Shown: positions 63,503 to 64,000 of the stretch, piece after piece
Position numbering within the stretch: position 1 is the first letter of the stretch
Layout of the letters: every line of letters starts with the position of its first letter
Assembly (NCBI GenBank): GCA_963719495.1
Contig: CAVRCI010000002.1
Span: 32,001-96,000 of the forward strand
DNA: 64,000 nt
Reading direction: 5' to 3'
Source of the DNA: an uncultured Verrucomicrobiae bacterium
Lineage (GTDB): Bacteria; Verrucomicrobiota; Verrucomicrobiia; Chthoniobacterales; JAATET01
Position numbers and translations under genes: made by a program
Notes under the pieces: model-generated
What the model saw: only the letters and a program-made list of their open reading frames with translations
Databases searched by the model: none
Told to the model about the DNA's origin: nothing

Positions 63503-63738
63503 TGGATTTGTTGATGTATTTTGGTTCTTCTGATGAAGGTAATGAGGCGCAATGCTTGATTTTTAGGACGGTCCTGCTCTTCATGTGCAGTTTATCCTGC
63601 GGAGGTTCTTATACTGAGCCGAACGTAAAGCTCAGCCACCCCGAGCGGGCAAACAAGCCAACTCTGAGGTGAACTGCCGGAAGCGGGACCGAGCAGCCCC
63701 AGCCAGCGAAGCGGCTAGGGGTTGGCTGCAGCACCTTT

Positions 63739-64000
63739 TTAGCCCCGTATTGCTTCTATTCGATCAAGATAAACGTTTATCAGCTTGTGACCCGGAAGCA
63801 GATCTTCGATTCTGGGCCAAACGCGTTCTAGAAATGCATGAAAGTCACGCTTCCTGAGATTGCCAATCCGAAGATGCACGACCCAAGGTGGAGGAGAGGA
63901 CAGCATTGCGCGGTTAGAGAAATCAGAATCTTTGGTCACAATGCAGAGTGAATGCTGCAGCGAGTAGGTCCAAATGGGGGTGTCTTGGACACTTGTTCCC
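63739..64000 (-). CDS. DUF5615 PIN-like protein (5'-partial)
   Basis: IVTKDSDF...PPPWVVHLRIGN. Confidence 0.8.
   Translation of the reverse strand, partial: GTSVQDTPIWTYSLQHSLCIVTKDSDFSNRAMLSSPPPWVVHLRIGNLRKRDFHAFLERVWPRIEDLLPGHKLINVYLDRIEAIRG

Larger units (their letters stand above)
25459..63745 (-). repeat. Integron cassette array, right block: ~53 attC sites, cassettes on minus strand
   Basis: Same attC repeat following nearly every ORF or ORF pair. Confidence 0.95.

Noticed and set aside
650..63745. CRISPR array interpretation of the repeats
   Set aside because: Repeats are ~120 bp with attC architecture, the intervening units are gene-sized, and no cas genes are present
1104..63857. 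ORFs containing NKALQPTPSR, RVAELDVR, GWLQRLV, MAAAPC or TRRCSQPLA
   Set aside because: These are translations of the attC repeat; true starts were moved downstream where appropriate
1..64000. Integron integrase, attI, Pc, reverse transcriptase, rRNA or tRNA genes
   Set aside because: No tyrosine-recombinase or RT motifs in any ORF, and no recognisable stable RNA genes

Overview
The whole window is the interior of a very large integron cassette array (superintegron-like). I count about 83 closely related ~120-125 bp attC sites by eye. No intI or attI is in view; from cassette polarity it would lie beyond the right edge. A PEP-CTERM protein and a characteristic lipoprotein motif suggest a Verrucomicrobia-like host (inference). 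About 22 cassettes are toxin-antitoxin (TA) or TA-like pairs, many with their own sigma70-like promoters placed for leaderless translation. About 32 cassettes lack a conserved ORF and mostly fall into multi-copy families that I label A (12 copies), B/B' (6), C/C' (6), D (3) and E (2). The rest encode GNATs, nucleases, nucleotidyltransferases, and membrane or secreted hypotheticals. Ten IS copies from five families are present (IS630 x2, ISL3 x3, ISKra4-like, IS1202-like x3, ISAs1). A 6.2-kb block (17470-23635) is inverted between two IS1202-like copies, shown by swapped 16-bp target site duplications (TSDs). The most unusual signals are: (1) the gene-less families, including a G-U-rich ~100-nt hairpin in family A; (2) a family with a compensatory GGT/ACC recombination core instead of GTT/AAC; (3) a shared 16-bp leader motif and a shared ATAC motif at the junctions of unrelated cassettes, which may bear on cassette genesis. 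Protein family calls come from motif recognition only; no searches were run.
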